Source: Elusimicrobiota bacterium (GTDB taxonomy: Bacteria > Elusimicrobiota > Elusimicrobia > UBA1565 > UBA9628). From it: a DNA stretch of 64,000 nt. The position numbers and the translations under genes were made by a program. Below, one piece after another: positions 38,379 through 47,172 of the stretch (its first letter is position 1; each line of letters starts with the position of its first letter). Under the pieces are notes generated by a model. The model ran no database searches. It saw only the letters and a list, made by a program, of their open reading frames with translations, and had not been told where the DNA came from. Location: the NCBI GenBank assembly GCA_031423795.1, contig JANPGH010000114.1:14153-78152 (forward strand), written 5' to 3'.

Positions 38379-38577
38379 GGGTAATCGAGAGAGGGGATGT
38401 CAATAAGTGCTAATTGGCCAGGAATTGGTAGGCCTTAAGGCCTATTAAAATATCTAAGAAATATATGTATTTTTCTACTAAATGGACTCGAAATACTTCG
38501 GAAAATAGAGTCCTTAACCTTTTGCGGTCCGACGGGACTTCCTTTAGTACGGACAATCCGCTAGAATCGCTCTTATT

Positions 38578-39033
38578 ATGGCAATCGAACAGACACTGAT
38601 CCTGATTAAACCGGACGGCGCGTTTCGTAAGCTGACCGGACTCACCATCGACCGCTTGGACGCGTCCGGCCTCGAGATGGTCGGTGCGAAAATGGTCGCC
38701 GTTTCCGAGAAGCTCGCGCGCGAGCATTACCAGTCGTTATCGGATAAACCCTTCTTCGAAGGATTGATCAAGTACATCCGCGGCGAATTTCACGGCATTA
38801 AGGACCACCGGATTTTGGCGTTGGTTTACCGCGGCGAGAACGCGATAAAGGCCGTGCGCGCGATCGCGGGCGCGACAAACCCCGAACAGGCCGCCCCGGG
38901 AACGATCCGCGGCTCCTTTGGCCGGATCACGACGGTCGGGCAATTTGAGAACGTGATTCATGCGTCCTCCGATCCGATGGACGCCGCGCGCGAAGTCGCG
39001 CTGTGGTTCAAGAAAGACGAGATAATCCCCTAA
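38578..39033 (+). CDS. ndk: Nucleoside-diphosphate kinase
   Basis: MAIEQTLILIKPDG...NVIHASD-type motif (NVIHASSDP). Confidence 0.93.
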   Translation: MAIEQTLILIKPDGAFRKLTGLTIDRLDASGLEMVGAKMVAVSEKLAREHYQSLSDKPFFEGLIKYIRGEFHGIKDHRILALVYRGENAIKAVRAIAGATNPEQAAPGTIRGSFGRITTVGQFENVIHASSDPMDAAREVALWFKKDEIIP

Positions 39034-39037
39034 GCCC

Positions 39038-39925
39038 ATGATTTTCGCGGCCTTGCTGGCGTCGGCGTGCCTCGCGGCGGCCCAGCCGGCGGCGCCCGCG
39101 GTCGTATCGCCTCCTGTGACACGCGTGGTGCCGGGTGTTCCACTGGAACTGCATTCGGTCGATGGCTGGGTGCTACACGCGGTTTGGAAGCAGGCTGACG
39201 AAGGCAAACCGACGCTGGTATTGCTGTCTGGAACCGGACAGCGCAAGGAAGTCTGGCGATATTTCGCGCGCGCGCTGGCTAAGGCAGGGATCGGCTACGC
39301 GGTGCTGGACATGCGGGGGCATGGTGAAAGCCGTACGACGCCCTCGGGCGAACTGATCACTTACAAAAAGCTACGCGCCATAGCTAAGGGAGCTAATGAT
39401 TACGCGGATATGGTGCGCGACGTTGAAGCCTTGGTCGCAAACCTCATCGCGTCGGGTGTGGCCGAAGAGACCATTGCGGTCGCGGGCGCGGAAGTCGGCG
39501 GCAGCGTGGCCGTGAAGTATGCGGCTGTCCACAGCAAAGTACCGTTTGTGATCATGTTCTCTCCGGGACTTGCCTGGCAGGAAATCCCGCTGGTCAACGC
39601 GGTGCGCGTCTTCAAGGGACGCGCAACCTCTTTGCTGATGGTGCACTCGGAGGCCGACAAGCGCTCCTCTAAGGAAACGCCGCTATTGTACGCGTTCGCC
39701 AAGAACGCGGTGGGCGAGCGCAATGCGACACTGATTGTGGTGCCCGAGGAGCGCGGCACGCGGATGCTGACGCGTAACAAGGGATTGGTCGCCCGCGTGT
39801 TGGCCTGGATCTCCGATCCCCACACGCCGGACGCGACCGCCGTGTCGACTTCGACCGCGTCGGAGCCAGTCGAGCCCGCCCCATCCGATGTCGATTCGCC
39901 ACCGTCAGACGACGACGCCCAGTAG
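39038..39925 (+). CDS. Secreted alpha/beta-fold hydrolase
   Basis: Signal peptide, then an alpha/beta hydrolase core around GAEVGGS (GxSxG-like nucleophile elbow). Ser/Asp-rich C-terminal tail. Confidence 0.6.
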   Translation: MIFAALLASACLAAAQPAAPAVVSPPVTRVVPGVPLELHSVDGWVLHAVWKQADEGKPTLVLLSGTGQRKEVWRYFARALAKAGIGYAVLDMRGHGESRTTPSGELITYKKLRAIAKGANDYADMVRDVEALVANLIASGVAEETIAVAGAEVGGSVAVKYAAVHSKVPFVIMFSPGLAWQEIPLVNAVRVFKGRATSLLMVHSEADKRSSKETPLLYAFAKNAVGERNATLIVVPEERGTRMLTRNKGLVARVLAWISDPHTPDATAVSTSTASEPVEPAPSDVDSPPSDDDAQ

Positions 39926-39932
39926 GCATACA

Positions 39933-40835
39933 ATGCTTTCTCCGCGCGCCTATGCCAAGCTCCCGACGGAGCAAGCCAATCCGCGCACCCGCGACATCGA
40001 CAAACGTTCGACGCGCGACATTGTCCGCTTGATCAACGCCGAAGACCGCCGTGTGGCGGTTGCGGTCGCCAAAGTCGGCGGAGATTTGGCGCGGGGAGTG
40101 GACGTCTTGGCCGCGGCTTTGGCCAACGGCGGCAGCGTACTGATTTTGGGTGCGGGCACCAGCGGACGCCTCGCGGTCTTGGAAGCCGCCGAATGTCCGC
40201 CGACATTCAATACCGATCCCCGCCAGGTGCGGGCCGAGATCGCGGGAGGTCGAAGTTCCGTGTTCGCGGCGCGAGAAGGGGCGGAGGATGATCCTGCGCT
40301 GGGCCGCAAGGCCGCATCAAAGGTTCGCCGCGGCGACGCCGTCGTCGGGGTGGCGGCGAGCGGCGTGACACCCTTCGTAAATGCGGCGTTGACCGAGGCC
40401 AAGCGACGGGGTGCAACGACTTTACTCGTCACCTCCAACGGACGACCTTCCGGCACGCGCGCCGATATTGTCATCGCGCCCGACGTGGGACCAGAAGTCG
40501 TTACAGGCTCGACGCGCCTGAAGTCGGGAACGGCAGCCAAGCTTGTCTTGAATACGTTGACCACGGGTGCAATGATCAAGATTGGGAAAGTGTATGACCA
40601 TTGGATGGTCGATTTACGACCCAGTTCGCGAAAATTGCGTCTGCGGGCGGAGCGCATTGTTGTCGAATTGGGACAAGTCCGCGCGAGCGAGGCACGGCGA
40701 CTCATCCGATTGGCGGGGGGAAGTGCTAAGGTGGCAATTTTAATGGCGCGCCGACGCTTAAATGTCGACGCGGCAAAGGCGGCGTTGGATCTTGCGCACG
40801 GCGCGTTGCGGCGGGCGCTCGCGCAAACGGCATGA
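39933..40835 (+). CDS. murQ: N-acetylmuramic acid 6-phosphate etherase
   Basis: SIS domain (VLILGAGTSGRLAVLEAAECPPTFNT), LTEAKRRGATTLLVTSN, C-terminal UBA-like tail. Confidence 0.85.
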   Translation: MLSPRAYAKLPTEQANPRTRDIDKRSTRDIVRLINAEDRRVAVAVAKVGGDLARGVDVLAAALANGGSVLILGAGTSGRLAVLEAAECPPTFNTDPRQVRAEIAGGRSSVFAAREGAEDDPALGRKAASKVRRGDAVVGVAASGVTPFVNAALTEAKRRGATTLLVTSNGRPSGTRADIVIAPDVGPEVVTGSTRLKSGTAAKLVLNTLTTGAMIKIGKVYDHWMVDLRPSSRKLRLRAERIVVELGQVRASEARRLIRLAGGSAKVAILMARRRLNVDAAKAALDLAHGALRRALAQTA

Positions 40836-41839
40836 ACGGCAAACTGCAGATCGAGACGATTTCGAGCCTAGTGTTAAAAGGCAATCCGCTGGGCGACCCG
40901 CGCCGCCGCGAGGTGCCGGTGTATTTACCGCCGTCTTACGGCGTCAAGCGCGGCGTCCGCTATCCGGTCTTGTTTTATTTACCTGGGTTCACGGGCACTG
41001 GGCGTGGCGCGGTCAATTATAATCTCTGGAAGGAGAACATCGTCGAACGACTGGACCGGTTGATCGCCGAGGGCCGGGCGCGCGAAGCGGTGTTGGTCAT
41101 CCCGGATGCCTTCACGGCTTACGGTGGATCTCAGTACCTGGATTCTTCGGCGACGGGACTCTACGCGGAGCATATCGTTTCCGAGCTGATCGGATTCGTC
41201 GAGGACAAGTTCGCGGTCATGAGGAACCCGGAGGGGCGCGCGGTCTTTGGTTCTTCCTCAGGAGGATTTGGGGCATTGACCTTAGCGATGCAGTTTCCGG
41301 GCGTGTTCGGCCACGTCGCCGCGCATTCGGCCGACCTTGGCTTTGACGCCTGCTATCGTGGCGACCTGCTGAAAATGTGTGCGGTTCTGCAGAAGTACCG
41401 GGGATCCGCCGCGCGGTTCTTAGCGGAGTTCCGCTCCGCCCGCGACAAGACCGGCTTCGACCACGCGACGATTAATGCATTGGCGATGGCCGCCTGTTAT
41501 TCTCCAAATAAACGAAGCTCTATGGGCTTCGATTTGCCGGTGGACACCACGACCGGCGAGCTGTTGCCCGCGGTGTGGAAACGATGGGAGATACTAGATC
41601 CCGTCAACGCCTGCCGCAAACACGCGACCGCGCTGTCTAAGCTCAAGACGCTTTTCTTCGATGCAGGGGCACGCGACGAATTCAATTTGCAGTTCGGTGC
41701 GCGGCGCTTGGCGGCGGCGCTAAAGAAGCTCAAGATCCGCCATCGTTACGAGGAGCACGACCGCGGCCATTTCGATTTAGCGCCGCGGTTCGACGTGTCG
41801 CTGGCGCTTCTCACCAAGAACAGCGCGCGCGGCGGCTGA
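40832..41839 (+). CDS. Putative esterase (esterase D/enterochelin-esterase-like alpha/beta hydrolase)
   Basis: PVLFYLPGFTG..., GSSSGGFGAL (GxSxG). Confidence 0.72.
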   Translation: MNGKLQIETISSLVLKGNPLGDPRRREVPVYLPPSYGVKRGVRYPVLFYLPGFTGTGRGAVNYNLWKENIVERLDRLIAEGRAREAVLVIPDAFTAYGGSQYLDSSATGLYAEHIVSELIGFVEDKFAVMRNPEGRAVFGSSSGGFGALTLAMQFPGVFGHVAAHSADLGFDACYRGDLLKMCAVLQKYRGSAARFLAEFRSARDKTGFDHATINALAMAACYSPNKRSSMGFDLPVDTTTGELLPAVWKRWEILDPVNACRKHATALSKLKTLFFDAGARDEFNLQFGARRLAAALKKLKIRHRYEEHDRGHFDLAPRFDVSLALLTKNSARGG

Positions 41840-41841
41840 AC

Positions 41842-42141
41842 GTGAACGACCGCCCAGTTTACTCGACCGATCCCGACTGGGGCAAGCCGAGGACGCCGCG
41901 CCAGCCGGAACCGGTACGCCTCCAATTTACGCGGGGTGCGAAGGGGTCCGGGGTGACCCGCGTGGAGCGACTGGTGATGCATCCGACGCATAAGGAGCAG
42001 ATGCTGTCCGCCTTAAAAAAACATCTGGGTTGTGGTGGGACGCTCAAGGACGGGACGTTCGAGTTTCAGGGCGATCAACGGGATCGCCTTGGAATTTACC
42101 TCATAGGCCAGGGCTACAAGGTCAAACGCGTCGGAGGTTGA
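41842..42141 (+). CDS. yciH: SUI1-family translation initiation factor (YciH)
   Basis: 99 aa; VTRVERLVMHPTHKEQMLSALKKHLGCGGTLKDGTFEFQGDQRDRLGIYLIGQGYKV. Confidence 0.85.
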   Translation: MNDRPVYSTDPDWGKPRTPRQPEPVRLQFTRGAKGSGVTRVERLVMHPTHKEQMLSALKKHLGCGGTLKDGTFEFQGDQRDRLGIYLIGQGYKVKRVGG

Positions 42142-42147
42142 TTACCA

Positions 42148-42948
42148 ATGAGCAAAGAGTACACCAAAGACATGGCGTATGCGCTGCCGTCGCTTCTGGG
42201 TCTCGAGGTGGGCGCTTACGCGAAGGCGATCGGCGTTTCGCTCGCGACGCACGCCGAGTGGAGGGCAGATAAGAATTATGTGCCTCCCGCCGTGGCCAGG
42301 GCATTGGACGATTTTTTGTCCGCTAAAAAAATGACCCCGATGCGGGCCTGCGCGGCCCCATTTGTGTCTCTTGGGTTCAAGCTCGGCGGCGACGACGAGG
42401 ACTTTGTGGATCTGGAACATAAAAAAATTCTCGGGGCCAGCCTCGAAATTCGAAGCGACGTCGGTTATCAGTTGTCGGACAGTCGCCAGGGGACGGATTT
42501 GCCGGGGTGGTTCGCTTTCCACGAGTGGAGAGCGTGCCGCGATCTGTTAAGCAAGATCTTGGCGCGCAAATTGAAGGTCGGTGCGGCCGAGATCTTGTGG
42601 GTGACCGAGGCTCCTGGAACAACCGCGGAAGATGTGAAGTTCATTAAAAAGTATGACGCGCAAATCGCAAAAGAAGAAAATGATGAACTTCGCGCGGCCT
42701 CCGCGCAGGCCAAAGGGATTGCGGCGCTCAAGGCGAAAGCGAAAAAAAACGACCCGGTCGCGCAGTACAACCTGGGTCGCGCCTTGATCAAGGGGCGTCA
42801 CGGAGACTTCTCGGTTGCCGTCGACGAAAAAGCCGGGCGTCGTTGGCTCGAACGCGCCGCTGCCCAACCCGGCGCGACCGGGAAGCTGGCACAACAGGTC
42901 TTAGACGCTCTCGACAGCGGCGATCGTTTTGCGAAGTACCGAATCTAA
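42148..42948 (+). CDS. Hypothetical protein with a C-terminal Sel1-like repeat
   Basis: C-terminal DPVAQYNLGRALIKG...AGRRWLERAAAQ resembles Sel1/TPR. The remainder is unrecognised. Confidence 0.5.
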   Translation: MSKEYTKDMAYALPSLLGLEVGAYAKAIGVSLATHAEWRADKNYVPPAVARALDDFLSAKKMTPMRACAAPFVSLGFKLGGDDEDFVDLEHKKILGASLEIRSDVGYQLSDSRQGTDLPGWFAFHEWRACRDLLSKILARKLKVGAAEILWVTEAPGTTAEDVKFIKKYDAQIAKEENDELRAASAQAKGIAALKAKAKKNDPVAQYNLGRALIKGRHGDFSVAVDEKAGRRWLERAAAQPGATGKLAQQVLDALDSGDRFAKYRI

Positions 42949-44399
42949 CGTCGATGGTTGAGTCGTGCGCGTTTGGCGATCGCTCGCGCCAAACCGCCCA
43001 ACAAGATCCGATGCACTGGAACCAACGCCGCCCAATAGGCGCGCCCCCACAGTCCGCGGGGTTCAAAATAGGCGGTGATGCGCAGCGTCGACCGCCCGCT
43101 TCCGGCGGGAGAACTTTCGAATTGAAGCCAGGCTTTTCCCGGGACGGCCATTTCCGCGCGCAGAAGCAAAAGGCGATCCGCAGTGATTTTTTCTACCCGC
43201 CAAAAATCAAGTGGCTCTCCTTGGCCGATCTCGTCGCGGTTGCGCCGTCCGCGGCGCATGCCCACACCCCCAACCAATCGATCGAGTGCTGCGCGCAGCT
43301 TCCACAGCCAATTCGCGAACAGCCAGCCCCGCTCGCCGCCCAATCCTGAGTAGATATGAAACAACGCCGCAGGCGTTGCGTCGACGACGACACGGCTTTC
43401 CTCGCAAATTAGTCCCTCGCGTATGCTCATCTGGCTAAACGGCGACTGGCGGGGGAACATCGCCATGGTCCAAGTGGTGCGCACAGCACCTTCCTTAATG
43501 CGCAGCAGCGCGTAGCGCACCGCGGTCTCGTAGTCGATCGGATGGAGGCGGAAGGCTTTGCGTGCCGACTCGTCGCGGCAGACGACTTCGTCCTTGGCCG
43601 CTTCAATCAACGGTCGCGCGTAGCCGGCGGGAATCGGCGTCATTAACTCGATCCACCACGCGCACATCCTCGCGCTCACGTACGGCACGGGCACGAACCA
43701 CCGACGTAGTCGCCGACGGCGCGCATACACGCGCAGCATCTCCTCGTAGGTCAAGATTTCCGGTCCGCCGATTTCATAAGTCCGAGACGCGTCGGCCGGG
43801 ACGTCGATCCCCAGGCTCAGGTATTTAAGCACGTCGCGCACGGCGATGGGCTGGCATCGGGTGCGCAACCAGGGAAATAGGGGAATGACCGGATGCTGTT
43901 CGACGATGTGGCGAATCAATTCGAACGAGGCGCTTCCCGAACCCACAATCACCGCGGCCCGAAACTCGACGACGGTAGGGCCTTCCTCGCGCAGGATGTC
44001 TCCGACCTCCTGGCGGCAGCGCAAGTGGGGGGCCAAGTCCGTGTCGCGGCCGAGGCCGCCCAAGTAAATCACCCGCCGCACGCCTGCGGTCTGCGCCGCG
44101 CGCGCGAAATTGCGGGCAGCCTTGCGATCGGTGTGCGCGTAGCGGTCATCCCCGGCGCTCATCGAATGGATCAGGTAGTATGCAGTATCGACACCGTCCA
44201 GCGCTGCCGACAGCGTTTCAGGATGCAGCGCGTCGCCCTCGACGATTTGTGCCCCCGGCCACTGCCGTCCCTTGAGATGAGTTGCGTGGCGCGCCATGCA
44301 ACGCACGTGGTAACCTTGTTCGAGGAGGTTTGGCGCTAAGCGCCCGCCGATATAGCCGGTGGCACCCGTAACGAGGACGACTCCATGCGGCGAGTGCAT
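42945..44399 (-). CDS. NAD(P)-binding SDR/epimerase-family protein fused to a DUF2867-like domain
   Basis: N-terminal VLVTGATGYIGGRL Rossmann motif; 484 aa with a non-SDR C-terminal half. Confidence 0.7.
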   Translation of the reverse strand: MHSPHGVVLVTGATGYIGGRLAPNLLEQGYHVRCMARHATHLKGRQWPGAQIVEGDALHPETLSAALDGVDTAYYLIHSMSAGDDRYAHTDRKAARNFARAAQTAGVRRVIYLGGLGRDTDLAPHLRCRQEVGDILREEGPTVVEFRAAVIVGSGSASFELIRHIVEQHPVIPLFPWLRTRCQPIAVRDVLKYLSLGIDVPADASRTYEIGGPEILTYEEMLRVYARRRRLRRWFVPVPYVSARMCAWWIELMTPIPAGYARPLIEAAKDEVVCRDESARKAFRLHPIDYETAVRYALLRIKEGAVRTTWTMAMFPRQSPFSQMSIREGLICEESRVVVDATPAALFHIYSGLGGERGWLFANWLWKLRAALDRLVGGVGMRRGRRNRDEIGQGEPLDFWRVEKITADRLLLLRAEMAVPGKAWLQFESSPAGSGRSTLRITAYFEPRGLWGRAYWAALVPVHRILLGGLARAIAKRARLNHRR

Positions 44400-44422
44400 G
44401 CGGGCTCCTGCCCTGTCGAAAA

Positions 44423-44938
44423 TTAGTGCGCGAACGCCGCGATCGAGGCCAAGCCCCGACGAAGCTGACGCTCCAGCACGCGCGCGCTGCGGTGCAAGGG
44501 GTCGGACAGATCAAAATCGGCTGGACGGTCGAGCTGGTGAGCGTAGTGAGGCCAAAGGAAAAGCTCCTCCATTTCCAGGTATTCGCGCAGGTTTACGATC
44601 AAGAAGCGTGAGAGTCCGCACATGCGCTCGAACGGGCACTCGTCGGCCAGTTCCAAGGCGTCCAGAATCTCCTCGCGTAAGGCGTTGACCGAGCGATGTT
44701 GCGCGATGACCTGGTCGAACGTGCCGGCGTCGTCCGTCAACGCGGGCAAGTGACCGTTGAAGAGGATGTCGTCGAGCTCCTCGTGCCGATCGAGCGAAGG
44801 CAGTAGGATATGCAGGGCCGAGGTGATCTCCGCGCGGGCTTTTGGTTCGGCATGCGAGAGGCCGGCGTCCAAAGCGTCCAGGAGACGACGGAACATCTCG
44901 TGTTCCCGCGACATTAGATCTCGGACATTCATGCGCAA
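44423..44938 (-). CDS. Hemerythrin-like (HHE cation-binding) domain protein
   Basis: Spaced His/Glu residues (..DRHEELDD.., ..LWPHYAH..) in a ~170-aa helical protein. Weak assignment. Confidence 0.5.
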   Translation of the reverse strand: MRMNVRDLMSREHEMFRRLLDALDAGLSHAEPKARAEITSALHILLPSLDRHEELDDILFNGHLPALTDDAGTFDQVIAQHRSVNALREEILDALELADECPFERMCGLSRFLIVNLREYLEMEELFLWPHYAHQLDRPADFDLSDPLHRSARVLERQLRRGLASIAAFAH

Positions 44939-45075
44939 ACCCCCGGGGCTCGAGAAAGCCCAAGAATAGTGTAATCACAATAATAAGCGAATACAAGAAA
45001 TTTATTGATCCAGATCAACTTTTTGAGCCAGCTCCGTTTATATAGAATACCCCCTCAATTTTAGGAGAGCCTCCC

Positions 45076-47160
45076 ATGCCCGCACGTTCGACAATCCGTC
45101 GTCAGAAGACTTCGTCCACCGCCCGCGTCGTCGTAACACCGCCACCCGTTCTCGTCGACGAGGGAATGTGGACGTTCGACAACCTACCGGTCGGACTTTT
45201 GAAGGAAAACTACGGATTTGCGCCGACGTCCCAATGGGTCGAACATCTGCAGAAAGCATCGGTCCGGTTCAACGACGGCGGCTCCGGGGCGTTCGTTTCT
45301 TCAACGGGCTTGGTCCTCACCAACCACCACGTTGCCCTGGGCCAGTTGCAGAAAATGTCCACGGCCGCCAAGGACTACGTTCGGGACGGTTTTTTCGCCA
45401 AGTCGGCGGCGGAAGAGGTCTCCTGCCCGGATTTGGAGGTCAATATTTTAACGTCAATGGAGGACGTGACCGCGCGCGTCTTGCGGGCAGCCAGCGGCAA
45501 AGTCAGCGACAAGGTCGCCAACGAGCGGCGTAAGGCGGAGATATCTAGGATCACCAAGGAGTCCACCGACAATACAGGACTGCGATCCGATGTCGTCGAA
45601 TTATATCAAGGCGGCGAATATTGGCTATATCGCTACCAGAAATACACGGATATGCGCCTGGTGATGGCCCCCGAGCTGCAGGCGGCCTTCTATGGCGGAG
45701 ATCCGGACAATTTTACGTATCCGCGCTTCGCTCTCGATTTCGCCTTCTTCCGTGTGTACGAGAACGGCAAGCCGGTGCGGCCCGAACATCACCTCGAATG
45801 GTCGAACTCAGGCGCCGCTGACGGCGAGTTGGTCTTCGTCACCGGTCATCCCGGGCACACCGACCGACTTTTGACCTTGGCGCAGCTCCAGAGCGAGCGC
45901 GATTTTGGTCTGCCGCTATTTTTAGAGGTCGCGCGCAAGAAGCGGCAGGATTTCTACGACTATGCGGCGCTGGGCCAGGAACCCGCGCGGCGTGTCAAAG
46001 ATCGAATCTTCAGCGTTGAAAACGGCCTCAAGGCCGTGGGAGGAGAGCATGAAGGGCTGGTCGAAGCGTCTTTGATCAAGTCCAAGGGGGCGGCCGAGGC
46101 GGCTTTACGCAAATCTGTCCCCGCTACTAATGACACGAAGATCAAGGAAGCCTCTTCGTCCTGGGATAAAATCGCCGCCGCCCAGAAAAAATACGACGGC
46201 CGACGCCGTCAAATGATGTACCGGCGCTTCGACCCCAGCAAGGTCGCCGGTATCGCCGCGCAGATCGTCCGTTACGTCGCCGAAGTCGCCAAGCCCAATG
46301 ACAAACGTTGGGAAGAATACCGCGAGTCCAACCTGGAATCGCTGCGTTTTCGTTTGTTCTCCCCGGCGCCGATTTATCCGCACATGGAAGAATTTCTGAT
46401 GGTGCGTACCTTTGAAGACGCGGCCGCCCATTTAGGCGCCAAGGACGAGTACGTGAAGCGTGCTTTGAGCGGGCGTTCGCCGTCAGTCGTCGCGGGCGAG
46501 TTGATTCAAGGAACGGCGCTTTTCGACCCGGCCGCCCGTCGTGTCCTCATCGACGGGGGTGCCGCGGCCGTCGCGGCCTCCAAAGACCCGCTGATTATCT
46601 GGGCGCGCGATTTAGACCCGATCTACCGCGCCCAGCGGAGTTGGTATGAGGACGAAATCGAGAGCGTGTTCGCGGCTGAGGGTAAGCGCATCTCCAAGGC
46701 TCGTTTTGCCATCTACGGCAAGGCGACCTATCCGGACGCGACGTTCACACTGCGCTTATCCTACGGCAAGGTCGCCGGATACGAGCTAGGCACGACCCAG
46801 GTGGCGCCCTTCACGACTTTCTACGGTCTTTTCGACCGAGCGTTCGGTCACGCGGAGAAAGCGCCTTTCGACCTGGCTCCGCGCGTGAAGGCGGCCCAAC
46901 GCACGCTGGATCTTTCGACCAAGGTTAATTTCGTCACGACCAACGACATCATCGGAGGCAACTCCGGCTCTCCTGTCGTCAACGCCAGAGGCGAATATGT
47001 CGGCCTGATCTTCGACGGCAACATCCAATCCCTCGTCGGCCGTTACGCGTACGACAACGCGCGGAACCGCGCGGTGGCCGTCCACTCGGCGGGGATACTC
47101 GAGGCGATGCGCACGATCTACGGAATGGATGCGCTTGCCGACGAGCTGACGGCCCGTTAG
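45076..47160 (+). CDS. S46-family serine peptidase (dipeptidyl-peptidase 7/11-like)
   Basis: N-terminal DEGMW motif, chymotrypsin-fold catalytic Ser in GGNSGSPVVN, ~690 aa bipartite architecture. Confidence 0.82.
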   Translation: MPARSTIRRQKTSSTARVVVTPPPVLVDEGMWTFDNLPVGLLKENYGFAPTSQWVEHLQKASVRFNDGGSGAFVSSTGLVLTNHHVALGQLQKMSTAAKDYVRDGFFAKSAAEEVSCPDLEVNILTSMEDVTARVLRAASGKVSDKVANERRKAEISRITKESTDNTGLRSDVVELYQGGEYWLYRYQKYTDMRLVMAPELQAAFYGGDPDNFTYPRFALDFAFFRVYENGKPVRPEHHLEWSNSGAADGELVFVTGHPGHTDRLLTLAQLQSERDFGLPLFLEVARKKRQDFYDYAALGQEPARRVKDRIFSVENGLKAVGGEHEGLVEASLIKSKGAAEAALRKSVPATNDTKIKEASSSWDKIAAAQKKYDGRRRQMMYRRFDPSKVAGIAAQIVRYVAEVAKPNDKRWEEYRESNLESLRFRLFSPAPIYPHMEEFLMVRTFEDAAAHLGAKDEYVKRALSGRSPSVVAGELIQGTALFDPAARRVLIDGGAAAVAASKDPLIIWARDLDPIYRAQRSWYEDEIESVFAAEGKRISKARFAIYGKATYPDATFTLRLSYGKVAGYELGTTQVAPFTTFYGLFDRAFGHAEKAPFDLAPRVKAAQRTLDLSTKVNFVTTNDIIGGNSGSPVVNARGEYVGLIFDGNIQSLVGRYAYDNARNRAVAVHSAGILEAMRTIYGMDALADELTAR

Positions 47161-47172
47161 TTTCACCGGAGC

